IMG/VR virus record: IMGVR_UViG_3300020181_000003
Location: 1-43,698 of that record
DNA: 43,698 bases
Source of the DNA: a virus
Taxonomy: Duplodnaviria > Caudoviricetes
Strand: one strand, 5' to 3'
The notes under the pieces were generated by a model. It saw nothing but the letters and a program-made list of their open reading frames with translations, did not search any database and had not been told where the DNA came from. A program made the translations under genes and the position numbers. The first letter of the stretch is position 1, and each line of letters starts with the position of its first letter. This document shows positions 24,630 to 34,445 of the stretch, piece after piece.

Positions 24630-25523
24630 CTAGGCGGTAATGGCCTTCAGGTTTGCGAGTGCTTCGGATGCGGCTTGCATCCAGTTGGAATCGCCAGCGC
24701 CAGGCGTAGCGGGTTCAACGGCAGCGCCCGGCGTGCCCTTGATCTTGTTGATGCGCGCTCGAGCTTCAGTCCGCGTATGGCCGGCAGCCACCAGCGACAG
24801 CTCAAGAGCCCGCAATTCGTTCACATGCCGATCGGCGGCTTTCGTCTCCTCGTCTTGCGTCACCTGATCAGCGGCGAGCATGGCATCGGCGAACCCGCGC
24901 TCGATCGCGGTGCTGCCCGACATGAACGTCTCCGCGTCCATCCATTTCTTCACGTCTTCGACGCTGCTTCCGGTGCGCTCTGCGTAGAGGTCTGCCATAG
25001 CCTGGTCGAACGGCTCCAGGAACGCCGCGGTCTCCGCCATGTCGTGCCGATTGCCGATCGCCATGACCCAGCAATTATGGATCATGATGAACGAAGCCGC
25101 GCCGATTTCGACAGTGTTGCCGGCCATCGCAATGATTGAAGCTGCCGAAGCGGCCATGCCCATGACCTTGACGGTGATGTCCTGAGGATGCTCGCGCAGA
25201 ACGTTATAGATCGCGATGCCTTCGAACATGTCGCCGCCTGGCGAATTGATCTGCACTTCGACTGGACGATCGCCAATGGCACGGAGTTGCGCCGCGACGC
25301 GCTTCGCGGTGATAGGCGTCTCCGTCCAGAAGTCCTCGCCGATCTCGCCAAACATGGTGATGATATTGTCGCCCGATGCGACAGCGCGAACGCCCGCACC
25401 GTCTTCAGACCAGCGCTCCAGCACGTTCGGCTTCGCAAGAGCTGAAATGTCCCGGTTGCCGGGCATGGGAAGTGCGCCAGGGCGAGCCTTGGCAAAGATG
25501 CGGGGCGCAGGATGTCGCTTCAC
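24630..25523 (-). CDS. ClpP-like (S14) prohead protease
   Basis: INSPGGDMFEG, AASAASIIAMAG, MIHN, ETFM...GFAD. Confidence 0.95.
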   Translation of the reverse strand: MKRHPAPRIFAKARPGALPMPGNRDISALAKPNVLERWSEDGAGVRAVASGDNIITMFGEIGEDFWTETPITAKRVAAQLRAIGDRPVEVQINSPGGDMFEGIAIYNVLREHPQDITVKVMGMAASAASIIAMAGNTVEIGAASFIMIHNCWVMAIGNRHDMAETAAFLEPFDQAMADLYAERTGSSVEDVKKWMDAETFMSGSTAIERGFADAMLAADQVTQDEETKAADRHVNELRALELSLVAAGHTRTEARARINKIKGTPGAAVEPATPGAGDSNWMQAASEALANLKAITA

Positions 25524-25813
25524 TGAGAAGCTCCTTCTACATCGGTCTTAGGCCAAACCTTGCCGTAATCGACCACTAGTGATCGCGTGACGCTCTCGGA
25601 GCCAGCAAACACCGGGAATAACTGGTTGCCTGAGAAGCTTGAGAGAAAAACCCTACGAGTGCGGCAGACTTCTTCCAGTTCGGCGTTGCTCAATTCCCAA
25701 GCAGAGACGATACAAACACCGTTCGCAAAGACCGGCAAATCTCCCACGTCTTCGCGTCCGGGAGGCGCCGTGAAGCACATGTTGGCACCGGCGAACTTAA
25801 CTGGCTGGCCCAT
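25520..25813 (-). CDS. Hypothetical protein between portal and protease
   Basis: Overlapping starts/stops; protein-like. Confidence 0.65.
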   Translation of the reverse strand: MGQPVKFAGANMCFTAPPGREDVGDLPVFANGVCIVSAWELSNAELEEVCRTRRVFLSSFSGNQLFPVFAGSESVTRSLVVDYGKVWPKTDVEGASQ

Positions 25814-27056
25814 CTGACGCTCCTGTCGGCTGTCCCCAGGCCGGCTTGTCGCCGCCGGGGATCTTGTTCATGTCCATCTTGTCGCGAGCTTCATCAGGGA
25901 CCATCCAGCCGGCCGCGCCCGGACCCCCGAGAGCCTTGGACAGGAACTCGGCTTGATCCTTCAGCGACCCGCGAAGAAGAGCGCCCTCGTTGAACTTGGC
26001 GTAGTGTGTCTCGCGTTCGGCCTCGGTCAGCAGCGATTGCGCAATGACCTCTTCCCAGGCGACGAACCACGGCATTAGGCAGTAGGTGATGAGGAACAAG
26101 CCTAGCTGCTCGATTCCCGAGCCCCAGCTCGTCTCGTCGAACATCAACAGGGGGCGAGGCACGCCGGTGAAGCGGGAAACCTCTTCGGCCTGATGCTTGC
26201 GCTGCCCCAGCCCTTCCGCTTCCCGGCCTGTCATGCCGAGGGCTTCGGCGTCCATGCCCTCTTCCAAAAGAATCCAGCGCCCGCGATTTTCCGCGCCCGT
26301 ATGCCGTTCTTCGAACTGTCCCCGCAGGCGCGAACCCGCTTCTGCCGAGAGCGACTTTGGATGCTTCAGCTTGCCGCCGACATAGGCCCCGTTCTTCATC
26401 AGCGAAGCCGCTGCCTGGTCGGCTGCCTGTGCAAGGCCAAGCACCTCGCGTGCTACATCAAGCAGCGCGGCGCCCGTAATCCCGTCCTCTGAAAAGGGAG
26501 CGCGGAGGTGGAATACCTCATCTTGCTGAAGACGCTGTTGCTGACCGTCCTTCCGCATCCAGAGATATGACAGCCGCCAATCGTCGCTAAGCTCCGGCTT
26601 CACCCGGCGCGGATCGAGGGGAATCAGTTCCCTCGTTTCTCCGCGGGACCGCACCTTGTAGGCGAATGCATCGCCGTGCAGCAGGGCCCGGCCTTGCATG
26701 TAGGCCTTGAACTGGAGCGGCGTCTGCCAGCCATTCGGTCGCTTTCGGAGCAAGTGGTTGACGGGATGGTCGGACGCCTTCTCAGTGTCGCCATTTGGCA
26801 GCTTCCGGTGCAAATTTGTCGGCAACATGCCGATGCAGCCGGAAATGAGGTTCGTCGCCCGAAAAAAGGTCGAGTTCTTGAGGGCAGACTTCTCGGTAAC
26901 GGTCGTGCCGGCGGCCGTGTCGCTTCCCAGCCTCAGCCATTCCGCGATGCGTGGGTCACTCAGATCATAAGTCGCATAAGCCTGCGGCCTGCTCTGGACG
27001 GCATTCGCAGGTCGCGAGGCACGCTTGTAATCGTCTGGCGACATGATTGCTGCCAT
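25797..27056 (-). CDS. Portal protein, HK97 family
   Basis: PNGWQT, EVFHLR, ILLEEGM, FTGVP, LLRG motifs. Confidence 0.96.
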   Translation of the reverse strand: MAAIMSPDDYKRASRPANAVQSRPQAYATYDLSDPRIAEWLRLGSDTAAGTTVTEKSALKNSTFFRATNLISGCIGMLPTNLHRKLPNGDTEKASDHPVNHLLRKRPNGWQTPLQFKAYMQGRALLHGDAFAYKVRSRGETRELIPLDPRRVKPELSDDWRLSYLWMRKDGQQQRLQQDEVFHLRAPFSEDGITGAALLDVAREVLGLAQAADQAAASLMKNGAYVGGKLKHPKSLSAEAGSRLRGQFEERHTGAENRGRWILLEEGMDAEALGMTGREAEGLGQRKHQAEEVSRFTGVPRPLLMFDETSWGSGIEQLGLFLITYCLMPWFVAWEEVIAQSLLTEAERETHYAKFNEGALLRGSLKDQAEFLSKALGGPGAAGWMVPDEARDKMDMNKIPGGDKPAWGQPTGASDGPAS

Positions 27057-27066
27057 GCCGCTCTCC

Positions 27067-28755
27067 TCAGAACACCAATACGCCGCGCTCTTCGTAGATC
27101 GAAGGGCTATTAGAAGCCTCGGGATTCCGGCTCATCAGCATGACAGCGTTGAAGCTCGCCACCAGTGGATCGATCTTGGCCTTGCCGGCGGTCTGCTTGG
27201 TTATGAGCACGGCGTTCCCCCTCTGCTCTACCTTCGCGTTCCCGACGCACCAGGCCATCAAACCCTGACCAGCGTGCCAGAGAGTACCGTCCTTCAGCTT
27301 CCGTTCGGAGCCAGCTATGGCGCTGTTGAGCTTCCAACCTTGCTGGACCGCAACCACCTGCTGTCCGCCAATTCCACGTGCGGCCAATTCGTCCACGATC
27401 GCCGCAATGCCCGCCGCATCGACCCCGACGCCGGCAATCTCCGGTAGCAATCCGGCCGCGTGAACCTGTTCCACGATGTCCGCAACGTCCGACACGTCCT
27501 GCGTCGGATCGGCACAGATCGTCAGCTCGCCAGCTTTCTCGAAATCCTTCAGCCGCGCCGCAATTTCTTTCCGACGCTCCAACACATCGTCATGCGCCCA
27601 AGCGTGGTTCCACATGAGCCAGTCGCGCGTGCGCTTGCACCGCCCGATGACGCAAAGCCCGAGAAGATCGTCCAGCCCGCCGCCGTCGATGCCAACAACG
27701 ACAACCTCAGATCGCTCCAGAAGGTTTTCCAGGGTCAAACCCTCAGGATCGACGGCCCCTTCCCAATATCGCGCCCCGGGCCATGCGTCGTTTCCGAGCG
27801 CCAGCCCAATCTCGACATTCAGGTGCTTGGCAAGAAAGACCTGCCTCTCGCCACCCTCAGCGTTCGCGACCTTGCGCAGCTCGTCTTCAAGCCACTCCTG
27901 ATCAACGGACACACCCAGGTTAGGGTTCGTGACGTAGAAGTTCTCCGGCTTCAGGAACTCCCGCCGCTCGATCATCTCCTCGGGAAACTCATAGAGGACG
28001 CCAAGGCTCTTGGGATCCTTGATCCGTCCGTCCCTCACATCCCGGAAATAGTTCAGCTTGGTCTTGAATACGCCTGCCGGGGAATCATCGGCCTGCGTCG
28101 AAAGGTAGATCACGAACCCTTCGGGGCGCGAGATCAGCCCACCCGTCGCCTCGCGCAGCATCGCGTCTGCCTTCGGCTTTTTTCCGAAGAGCCAAAGTTC
28201 ATCAACGAGGACGCCCGTCGCCTTCTTGCCCGACACCGTATCGCTGTCGGCCGCTACCACCTTCAGCACCGCACGTGTCTGGCGATGCATGATCGTCCGG
28301 GTGTGGTCCTGGACCTGGAACAGTGCATCCAGCTCCGGATCAGCCTTCACCATATCGCGCGCCGGCTGATAACAGTTGTTCGCCACCTCGATCGTCGGCG
28401 CCAGAATCAGATACTCCGCCGACTTGCGCCAGTTGAGCACCATCGCCGTCATCATGATCGCCGCGGCGTCCGTGCTTTTCCCGTTCTTTTTCGAAATTAG
28501 CAGGAAGAACTCTCGGATCATCCGCTTGCCGGAGTCCGGATCGAGCGCCCCGAATATCTGTGCCGCAAAGTCCCGGACCCACGGCAGCGCCGTCTCGCCC
28601 ATCGTGGGGCTGCCCGGTGCGTCCACGATCCGCAATGCGTCGAACACGTCCAGCGCCGCTTGCGCCTCGCCAGGAAACAGCGGCGGGCACGGCATCAGGC
28701 TCTCGCGATTGACGATGCGGTCCCGCCAGTCCGGAACCGCCGTCGTCCAGCGCAT
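27067..28755 (-). CDS. terL: Terminase large subunit
   Basis: Walker A ISKKNGKS, Walker B VLVDELW, GIDGG..DD, KIDP. Confidence 0.96.
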   Translation of the reverse strand: MRWTTAVPDWRDRIVNRESLMPCPPLFPGEAQAALDVFDALRIVDAPGSPTMGETALPWVRDFAAQIFGALDPDSGKRMIREFFLLISKKNGKSTDAAAIMMTAMVLNWRKSAEYLILAPTIEVANNCYQPARDMVKADPELDALFQVQDHTRTIMHRQTRAVLKVVAADSDTVSGKKATGVLVDELWLFGKKPKADAMLREATGGLISRPEGFVIYLSTQADDSPAGVFKTKLNYFRDVRDGRIKDPKSLGVLYEFPEEMIERREFLKPENFYVTNPNLGVSVDQEWLEDELRKVANAEGGERQVFLAKHLNVEIGLALGNDAWPGARYWEGAVDPEGLTLENLLERSEVVVVGIDGGGLDDLLGLCVIGRCKRTRDWLMWNHAWAHDDVLERRKEIAARLKDFEKAGELTICADPTQDVSDVADIVEQVHAAGLLPEIAGVGVDAAGIAAIVDELAARGIGGQQVVAVQQGWKLNSAIAGSERKLKDGTLWHAGQGLMAWCVGNAKVEQRGNAVLITKQTAGKAKIDPLVASFNAVMLMSRNPEASNSPSIYEERGVLVF

Positions 28756-29081
28756 CAGTTATTCACGACCAACCGCGGCGGCGTGCGTGGAGCGAACCTG
28801 CCCGAAGCGACTTTCTCCGCCTCCTCCTGCGCCTGCTCCTTCTTGCCCTTCACCGCGTCACCAGGCTTGGCATGGACATAAGGCGCGGCAGCTTGAGCCA
28901 TCCGATCGCGGCGAGCTTCATCCGCGGCATCGTCGTTCATCACGCGCAACATATATTCCAACGGGGACAGCTTCGCCGCCTTGGCCTCACGCTTGATTGA
29001 AGCCGGGCTCACTTCGGCAACAGCCTCTTTGGTGGAGCCCTTCTTGCGGCCCGCACCCGGCCGGAAACCGCCTCGGGGCAT
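28755..29081 (-). CDS. terS: Terminase small subunit
   Basis: RGG.RPGAGRK N-terminus; SPLEYML..MND...AAAPYVH; coupled to terL. Confidence 0.85.
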   Translation of the reverse strand: MPRGGFRPGAGRKKGSTKEAVAEVSPASIKREAKAAKLSPLEYMLRVMNDDAADEARRDRMAQAAAPYVHAKPGDAVKGKKEQAQEEAEKVASGRFAPRTPPRLVVNN

Positions 29082-29109
29082 GATTGATTTCCTCTGAAAA
29101 GATGGCCGC

Positions 29110-29200
29110 TCAAATCATACGGCTATGAAAAATCTCTCGATGTGGAGGGCGCCGGTCTCCAGCCTAGCCACCCTGAGGACTTTCAGGCTCCCCCCGCCTC
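29110..29200. other. Probable cos/packaging-site region
   Basis: Non-coding gap between HNH and terS, as in HK97-like cos phages; exact cut site not determinable from sequence. Confidence 0.4.
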
Positions 29201-29542
29201 TGCGCGCCGCTCTTCCCGCTGGATCAGCCCGTCATGGCAGGGCTTGCACGCCGTCTCCAGGTTGTCCGGGAACCAGAATAGCGCTTCGTTGCCCTTGTGC
29301 GGTGTCTTGTGGTTGGCGACGAGCTGCGACGTGTTGCCCTCCAGCTTGCCACATCGCTGGCACGTGAAGTGATCGCGCACGAGGATGGACCAGCGAAGTT
29401 CTTTCCACCTCTTCAGGCTGTACCACTTGCGCCAGGGCTGCGTGTTGCGGAAGCGGTCGTGCTCTCGATCGCCTTCGGGCATGTAGGCGACTGATGGGCG
29501 GAGGCTGCCAAGCTGTGGCTTGAGGTTGGTTAGCCTGCCCAT
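29183..29542 (-). CDS. Packaging-associated HNH endonuclease
   Basis: RD.FTCQRCG...NHK.PH.G....F....NL...CKPCHD; upstream of terS. Confidence 0.9.
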   Translation of the reverse strand: MGRLTNLKPQLGSLRPSVAYMPEGDREHDRFRNTQPWRKWYSLKRWKELRWSILVRDHFTCQRCGKLEGNTSQLVANHKTPHKGNEALFWFPDNLETACKPCHDGLIQREERRAEAGGA

Positions 29543-29607
29543 GTCACAGCCTGTAGGCGTCTGCGTCTTTGGGCTACTGCTGCTCTACCACGGAGGCGCT
29601 CGGTCAC
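29530..29607 (-). pseudogene. Probable relic 5' end of a different HNH gene (MTERLRGRAAVAQRRRRLQA...)
   Basis: SD GGAG + GTG; resembles the N-terminus of another terS-adjacent HNH type (recalled, not searched). Confidence 0.45.
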
Positions 29608-29621
29608 GGATTGCTCCATCC

Positions 29622-29672
29622 TGCTATCACTTTTTGATTGCATAGCGTGCTGTGATAGCATTATATGACTGC
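29622..29672 (+). promoter_or_regulatory. hicAB promoter/operator
   Basis: Inverted repeat TGCTATCAC (29622-30)/GTGATAGCA (29652-60); TTGCAT-N17-TTATAT-N6-ATG. Confidence 0.65.
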
Positions 29673-29927
29673 ATGAACAGCAAGCAGACCAAGACGCTTC
29701 AGGCCATCTTCTCGGACCCGGTGTCGCCATCGATCCAGTGGAGCGCGATCGAAAGCCTTCTGAAGGCGATTGGCTGCGATGTTGTCGAGGGAAACGGATC
29801 GCGGGTGAAGTTCGTGAAGAACGGCATTGTCGCCAGCTTTCACCGCCCACACCCGGAACCCGCCGCCAAGCGCTATCAGGTCCGGGACGCGCGGGAATAT
29901 CTTACCAAACTAGGGATACGGCCATGA
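29673..29927 (+). CDS. hicA: HicA toxin
   Basis: IQWSAIESLL...EGNGSRV.F......FHRPHP. Confidence 0.9.
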   Translation: MNSKQTKTLQAIFSDPVSPSIQWSAIESLLKAIGCDVVEGNGSRVKFVKNGIVASFHRPHPEPAAKRYQVRDAREYLTKLGIRP

Positions 29928-30292
29928 GCGAGAACAGGAACAATACCAGCTACAAGGGCTTCAGGGCTCGGTTCGACTTCGACCCAGAGGATATGGTGTT
30001 CACTGGCAGAATCGCCGGCATCAACGATGTTGTCGGGTTTCACGCTTCCTCGGTCGCCGAACTCATAGAGGCGTTCCACGAAGCGGTGGATGATTACATC
30101 GAGACCTGCAGCGCGGCCGGGAAAGACCCTGAGAAGCCATACTCCGGCAAGGTCATGCTTCGGGTTGATCCTGTCCTGCACGCCCAAGTGGCTCTTGCCG
30201 CCCAACTCAGGGGAGTAAGCATCAATCAACTCGGCGAAGAGGCGCTGCGGGACGCCGCTCGACGGGTTGTGCCTGAGACTACCCCAGCCTGA
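29924..30292 (+). CDS. hicB: HicB antitoxin
   Basis: YKGF...F.GRIAGINDVVGF...AFHEAVDDY...PEKPYSGKVMLRV; RHH C-terminus. Confidence 0.92.
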   Translation: MSENRNNTSYKGFRARFDFDPEDMVFTGRIAGINDVVGFHASSVAELIEAFHEAVDDYIETCSAAGKDPEKPYSGKVMLRVDPVLHAQVALAAQLRGVSINQLGEEALRDAARRVVPETTPA

Positions 30293-30444
30293 TCTATCCT
30301 ATCCTATCCTATGATGAGCGGGTCTGGCTCTACGGTTTCCCGCCACCACAGACAGTGCCGGACGCCTTGCTTTAGCATAGCCTGGAGAGGTGCGCCGGGT
30401 GTTGAGTGGCGGGTCAGGTCAGAGGTTGAACTGACCTGAATACG

Positions 30445-30474
30445 AAAAAGCCCGCGAACCTCTCGGCTGCGGGC
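30445..30474 (-). terminator. Intrinsic terminator just downstream of the putative late promoter
   Basis: GCCCGC...GCGGGC stem followed by TTTTT. Confidence 0.65.
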
Positions 30475-30496
30475 GCAATTCCAATTACGGGGAGTA

Positions 30497-30525
30497 GGCG
30501 TAACATAGCTGCGCACCGCAGTCAA
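30497..30525 (-). promoter_or_regulatory. Putative late promoter (pR'-like)
   Basis: TTGACT-N17-TACGCC, downstream of the Q-position gene. Confidence 0.5.
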
Positions 30526-30679
30526 TAGTCTGCCTTGAAGATTTCCTCGACCATGCGGCGGGACTCTCGGAGGCCGGCAGCCCTGCCAAAGCAATAGGCT
30601 GAGGAGAGCGCGCAACTTAGCGCTGCCGAGCACAACAACGTGAGAGCAATCCAATCGAACATTTCTTCCTCCTACTAGA

Positions 30680-31258
30680 TCAGTACGAAAGGCGCTCTCT
30701 CATCACGATCATGTCGGCGACCATGCAGACACAGAGGCGTGCGGCATCGATCGCCGACCGCGCATTGTTCGCGAGGCGGGATCCCGCAGTGCCGGCGGGT
30801 TCGTCAAAGCGACAGACGTTCTCGAACACATTCCAGTACGTCTCGGGGAAATAGCCCTTGATGCGCTTCAGATCGTCACGAGCCTCAATCTCCGCCAGAT
30901 TGCCGTCACCCGGACATCCGAACACGGTGCGATCAAGGTTAGCCACTAATCGGCCCGACGTATCAGTAAGCCCCCACAGGCGCTCGCAGTGCAGGATGGC
31001 CGCTTGCTGCCCGTCCGAAAGAAGGCCAGCGGCTTTCCAGCGGTGAACGGCATTCCCCCCTCGGTTCGTCACCCGGCCATTGTGGCTCGTGTAATCGCCG
31101 TGCTGCGCAGCGAAGTTGTTCACTTGCCCAGCCAATGGGTCATTGGCGCATTCGAGCCGCGTGCCACGGCGGCGGGCAAGCGCCTGCTGTTCGGCCTTCC
31201 TCCGCGCCGCCATGCCCTTCGCGAGCTCTGCGATCGTCTTGATGTCCTTGCTCGCCAC
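30680..31258 (-). CDS. Putative late-gene regulator/antiterminator (DUF6456-like)
   Basis: Lambda-Q position; RW...GLLS..Q..A...ERLW pattern. Confidence 0.6.
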   Translation of the reverse strand: MASKDIKTIAELAKGMAARRKAEQQALARRRGTRLECANDPLAGQVNNFAAQHGDYTSHNGRVTNRGGNAVHRWKAAGLLSDGQQAAILHCERLWGLTDTSGRLVANLDRTVFGCPGDGNLAEIEARDDLKRIKGYFPETYWNVFENVCRFDEPAGTAGSRLANNARSAIDAARLCVCMVADMIVMRERLSY

Positions 31259-31291
31259 CGCTCTACTCTCCCTGGTGATGTTTGATGGGCG

Positions 31292-31786
31292 TTATGCTGC
31301 GTCGTTTCGCGTGCTGGCGAAGCGCGAGGTGAGCCCGAACTGGCGCATAATCTCCTGCGCCTCCTCCGGCGTGCAGCGGTCAGGGGCGGGCAGTTGCTGC
31401 ACAGGATCGGGCCGCCGATCATTGGCGAGCTTTCGCCGGGTTGCCCAAGCTTCCCGCACCTCTGCCATGATCGCGGGCACGATCTTTGCCGGATGATCCG
31501 CGTTCTGCATCGCCGCTTCGCAGCCGCGCTTCAGGAGTCCGATGGGGATGCCGTCCAGCGCCTTGAAAGCAGCCTCCATCCAAGTGTCTTGGGATTCGAG
31601 GTCCATGCCGACCGGCGCGACGAGCTGCAGGCACGGCGCGATAGCCGTCGCGAACTCAGTAGGTGTGACGGGCCGGAGGTCAGTTGGGTCCGTGTCTCGC
31701 GACAAATCGCTGCGCCGCGTCGATGGTGCGGCCCATGCCGCTGGCCGAACGACCATTCCGGTTGTTTCCTCGGTTCGATTGCCCAT
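31292..31786 (-). CDS. Putative helicase loader/P-position replication protein
   Basis: Follows and overlaps the initiator gene. Confidence 0.55.
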   Translation of the reverse strand: MGNRTEETTGMVVRPAAWAAPSTRRSDLSRDTDPTDLRPVTPTEFATAIAPCLQLVAPVGMDLESQDTWMEAAFKALDGIPIGLLKRGCEAAMQNADHPAKIVPAIMAEVREAWATRRKLANDRRPDPVQQLPAPDRCTPEEAQEIMRQFGLTSRFASTRNDAA

Positions 31787-32390
31787 CTTTCGGCTCCCAC
31801 TTTTTCGAAAACTTGACCCAGGTTCTCCAGGACGCTTGCCAGTCCTTGCTCAGCGTCCCCTTTGCGGTGTGGTGGTCGATGAAATGCTCGACCTCCTCCT
31901 CCTGCCGACCGGGTGGCCAGCCATCGACCGTGGCGAGGGTGATGCCGCTCATGATCGGACGGAAGTCATCGGGAACGAGCGTGGGCTTACCCAAAGAAGG
32001 CTTGTCCTTCTTTGGTGATGGTTCCCTAGAAGGTTCCGTGTCCCGTTTTTGGGACTGTTTGGCGGAAAAAGCGGTATCCTTCGGCGGTAAGGGTTCCGCT
32101 TTCGGCATCCCTTTTTCGGTATCGTTTATTGCGAGAGAATAGGCTTTTACCTGCTTGGTTTTACCCACTCTCTGACCGCTATCCGAGATTAGTCCCGCCG
32201 ACTCTAGGCGGTTGAGCGCTGCCACCACCGTCTTGCGATCCAAGCAAGAAAAGTCCGCCAGCCAAGCGACCGACGGGTAAGACACGTCGCTCTCTTCATT
32301 GTGCCGGTCCGCAAGCGCGATAAGGACCATCTTGTCCGCAACGCGTCCTGGCTTCTGCTTACTCGCCCATCCGAGCGCCACCCAGCTCAT
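31680..32390 (-). CDS. Replication initiator (HTH, lambda O-like)
   Basis: KMVLIALAD...YPSVAWLA...TV..ALNRLE; C-terminal KDWQASWRTW. Confidence 0.85.
   Translation of the reverse strand: MSWVALGWASKQKPGRVADKMVLIALADRHNEESDVSYPSVAWLADFSCLDRKTVVAALNRLESAGLISDSGQRVGKTKQVKAYSLAINDTEKGMPKAEPLPPKDTAFSAKQSQKRDTEPSREPSPKKDKPSLGKPTLVPDDFRPIMSGITLATVDGWPPGRQEEEVEHFIDHHTAKGTLSKDWQASWRTWVKFSKKWEPKDGQSNRGNNRNGRSASGMGRTIDAAQRFVARHGPN
32041..32122. repeat. Putative ori iterons inside the initiator gene
   Basis: TCCCGTTTTTGGGAC (32041), TTCCGCTTTCGGCAT (32094), TCCCTTTTTCGGTAT (32108). Confidence 0.5.
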
Positions 32391-32791
32391 TGCGCCGCCC
32401 TCGCCCTGTCGCGAAGGATCGCCATGTACTCATCTTTCCGGAGGCCGACCCCATACTCATTCGCAGCCTGCTTGCATGAGAACCTAGGCGCTTGAACATC
32501 GGGAGTTTCGCAGCGCTTCCAAGCATCAACGAATGCGCGGATAGGCTCTGCGTACTGAAACCATTCCCGATGCTTCCAATAAGCAGCGAACTGCTGATGC
32601 AGCGCGTCCTCGTACCTCCCGGCAGCCCCCACCTCCTGAAAATATAGGACAAGATCGAGGCGGAGCGTTGTATGATTCCCAGCCTGAAGGTCGAGCAGCC
32701 GCCGCTCCGGATCGACAGCAATGCCGATCTTCACGCTGCTACGACGTGCGTCTGTGATGAAATATACATGCTGAGGATTGATACGGCTCAC
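32387..32791 (-). CDS. GIY-YIG (T5orf172-like) nuclease
   Basis: VYFI...VKIGIA.DP.RRL..LQ.GN...E..LH..F.....REWF. Confidence 0.85.
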   Translation of the reverse strand: MSRINPQHVYFITDARRSSVKIGIAVDPERRLLDLQAGNHTTLRLDLVLYFQEVGAAGRYEDALHQQFAAYWKHREWFQYAEPIRAFVDAWKRCETPDVQAPRFSCKQAANEYGVGLRKDEYMAILRDRARAAQ

Positions 32792-32934
32792 TCTCCCGCC
32801 TCCAGCTTGTTCTTCAGCTCCTGTGCTTCCTTGTGGGAGGTGAAGCGTCCGACAGCCTCGGAGACAGGGACAACGAGCCATGTCGTGTCCAGGAGGTCCG
32901 TATCGGTGGCTATGACGTAGCGGGGCTCGGTCAT
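32788..32934 (-). CDS. Small hypothetical protein (48 aa, MTEPRYVIATD...)
   Basis: ATGA/GTGA overlaps at both ends. Confidence 0.55.
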   Translation of the reverse strand: MTEPRYVIATDTDLLDTTWLVVPVSEAVGRFTSHKEAQELKNKLEAGE

Positions 32935-33323
32935 GCCGATAGCTCCGCGTCCAGATACGAGATGGCCCGCTCAATCTCGCGATCATCCACACGGAGCTGC
33001 TCTATGCGGCGGATGGCGTGAATGACGGTGGTGTGATCCCGGCCACCGAACCGGCGCCCAATCTCGGTCAGGGGCTGCTTGGTTAGCTGTTTAGCCAGAT
33101 ACATTGCCACCTGGCGTGGTCGGGCGACCTCGCGCGAACGGCGATCAGAGGTCATCTCGCGCCGATCCAACCCATAGAACTGCGCGACGCGTGCCTGTAT
33201 CTCGGCAATCCGAATATTTTGGCGCCGGGTGACGTCAACATAGGCAAGTTCGCCTTCGGTGATGAAACCGCGCCGACGCAGGTATTCCCTGCATCCGAAG
33301 GTGGTGATGGTGACGTGCTGCAC
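32931..33323 (-). CDS. DnaA C-terminal (domain IV) HTH protein
   Basis: RPRQVAMYLAKQLT..PL.EIGRRFGGRDHTTVIHA. Confidence 0.9.
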   Translation of the reverse strand: MQHVTITTFGCREYLRRRGFITEGELAYVDVTRRQNIRIAEIQARVAQFYGLDRREMTSDRRSREVARPRQVAMYLAKQLTKQPLTEIGRRFGGRDHTTVIHAIRRIEQLRVDDREIERAISYLDAELSA

Positions 33324-33671
33324 CTAAACCTCCCTCAGGACGATTGTGGGGAACAATGCGCGGAACATGGCGGCGCGAAGCACATAGGCTTCGGTGCGAA
33401 CTCCCTTGGCGTCCTCGACTATGTCGCAGCCGCTGTGACGATCGACGTATCGGAAGTCCGGCTTGAAACCGACCCGCCGACCGTTCTCGTGCTTGACCGG
33501 CTTACCATCGATGATGAACCAGAATTGCGGCTGCTGTTCGAGATCTTCGATATCGCCGGCACGCTGTAGAAGGTGCAGCTCGTTACACCGCCCGGCCTCC
33601 CTACGGCTGTCGTGCGTGTGGCCGTGCTGGCATGTCGCCTTCTTGGCGTGATATTTGTTCGGGCGCTTCAC
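33324..33671 (-). CDS. DUF1064 family PD-(D/E)XK nuclease
   Basis: NKYHAKK...HDSRRE...LEQQPQF...PDFRY...VEDAKG. Confidence 0.85.
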   Translation of the reverse strand: MKRPNKYHAKKATCQHGHTHDSRREAGRCNELHLLQRAGDIEDLEQQPQFWFIIDGKPVKHENGRRVGFKPDFRYVDRHSGCDIVEDAKGVRTEAYVLRAAMFRALFPTIVLREV

Positions 33672-33868
33672 CGGAGCTCGCCCGAATGATGCTTGGCGTA
33701 GTAAGCCAGGATCGCCTTCAGCAGGGCCTCAGAGCCTCGCTTTGCATCTTCCAGGCGCTTGCGGTCACCACTCATGATCGAGGAATGTGTAGGCATCCGT
33801 GAACCCGCCTCGGTCTTCGGCAGACAATGGAATGCGGAGCGCCCGCGTGCGGTGGGACTGGACATCAC
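33668..33868 (-). CDS. Hypothetical protein
   Basis: Coupled overlaps. Confidence 0.55.
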   Translation of the reverse strand: MMSSPTARGRSAFHCLPKTEAGSRMPTHSSIMSGDRKRLEDAKRGSEALLKAILAYYAKHHSGELR

Positions 33869-34020
33869 TCTCCCCTCCCCTGCTTACGTCCACGCAGGGC
33901 AGCTTCCCTGCGCTTGGCATAGGGGATGCCTATGGTGAGTTCACGATGACACCTGTCTGCCTCAAGGCGATCACAGGCGAGCTCATGAGGGGATTTGCGG
34001 GTGAAGAGGCGGAGGATCAT
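33865..34020 (-). CDS. Hypothetical protein (51 aa)
   Basis: ATGA coupling. Confidence 0.55.
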   Translation of the reverse strand: MILRLFTRKSPHELACDRLEADRCHRELTIGIPYAKRREAALRGRKQGRGE

Positions 34021-34445
34021 GCTGCGGCTGCCGATCTGGCGCGCGGGCAAATGCGGCGAGCTTTGGCTCCGATCTGAGCCTTCTCGATCGGAACTATGTT
34101 GGTGCCGCCAGGACTGCTGGGCGACCGCGCTGCGGCAACCTCGCCAGCGAGACCCAGTGCCTCCAAACCAAGAACGTCGAGATCCCCGTCGCCCTCTTCG
34201 TCTGTGCCGACGTGCTTTTGGAATGGCTGCAAGACGAGCGACGCCAGATCATCGGGAATACGAAGCTCGCCAAGCGCCCAAGCAGGCATTGCGGCACCGT
34301 CTCGCCACCCCTTGAGCGTGGACAGCGGAATATCTCTCGTGCGCGACAGGACCGCGAGCGAGAGCCCGTGCTCCTTCTCCGCGAGACGGAACATCTCCCG
34401 TTGAAGCTCGACGGAATTACGCGCGGATTGGGAAAGATCAGCCAA
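34017..34445 (-). CDS. CII-like HTH regulator
   Basis: Position after cro; HTH-like LSLAVLS...IPLSTLKGW. Confidence 0.6.
   Translation of the reverse strand: MADLSQSARNSVELQREMFRLAEKEHGLSLAVLSRTRDIPLSTLKGWRDGAAMPAWALGELRIPDDLASLVLQPFQKHVGTDEEGDGDLDVLGLEALGLAGEVAAARSPSSPGGTNIVPIEKAQIGAKARRICPRARSAAAA

Noticed and set aside
27460-28500. Long plus-strand ORFs antisense to structural genes (e.g. 346 aa here, also 23805-24530 and 34677-35507)
   Set aside because: Typical high-GC antisense shadows of well-supported minus-strand genes, with no motifs
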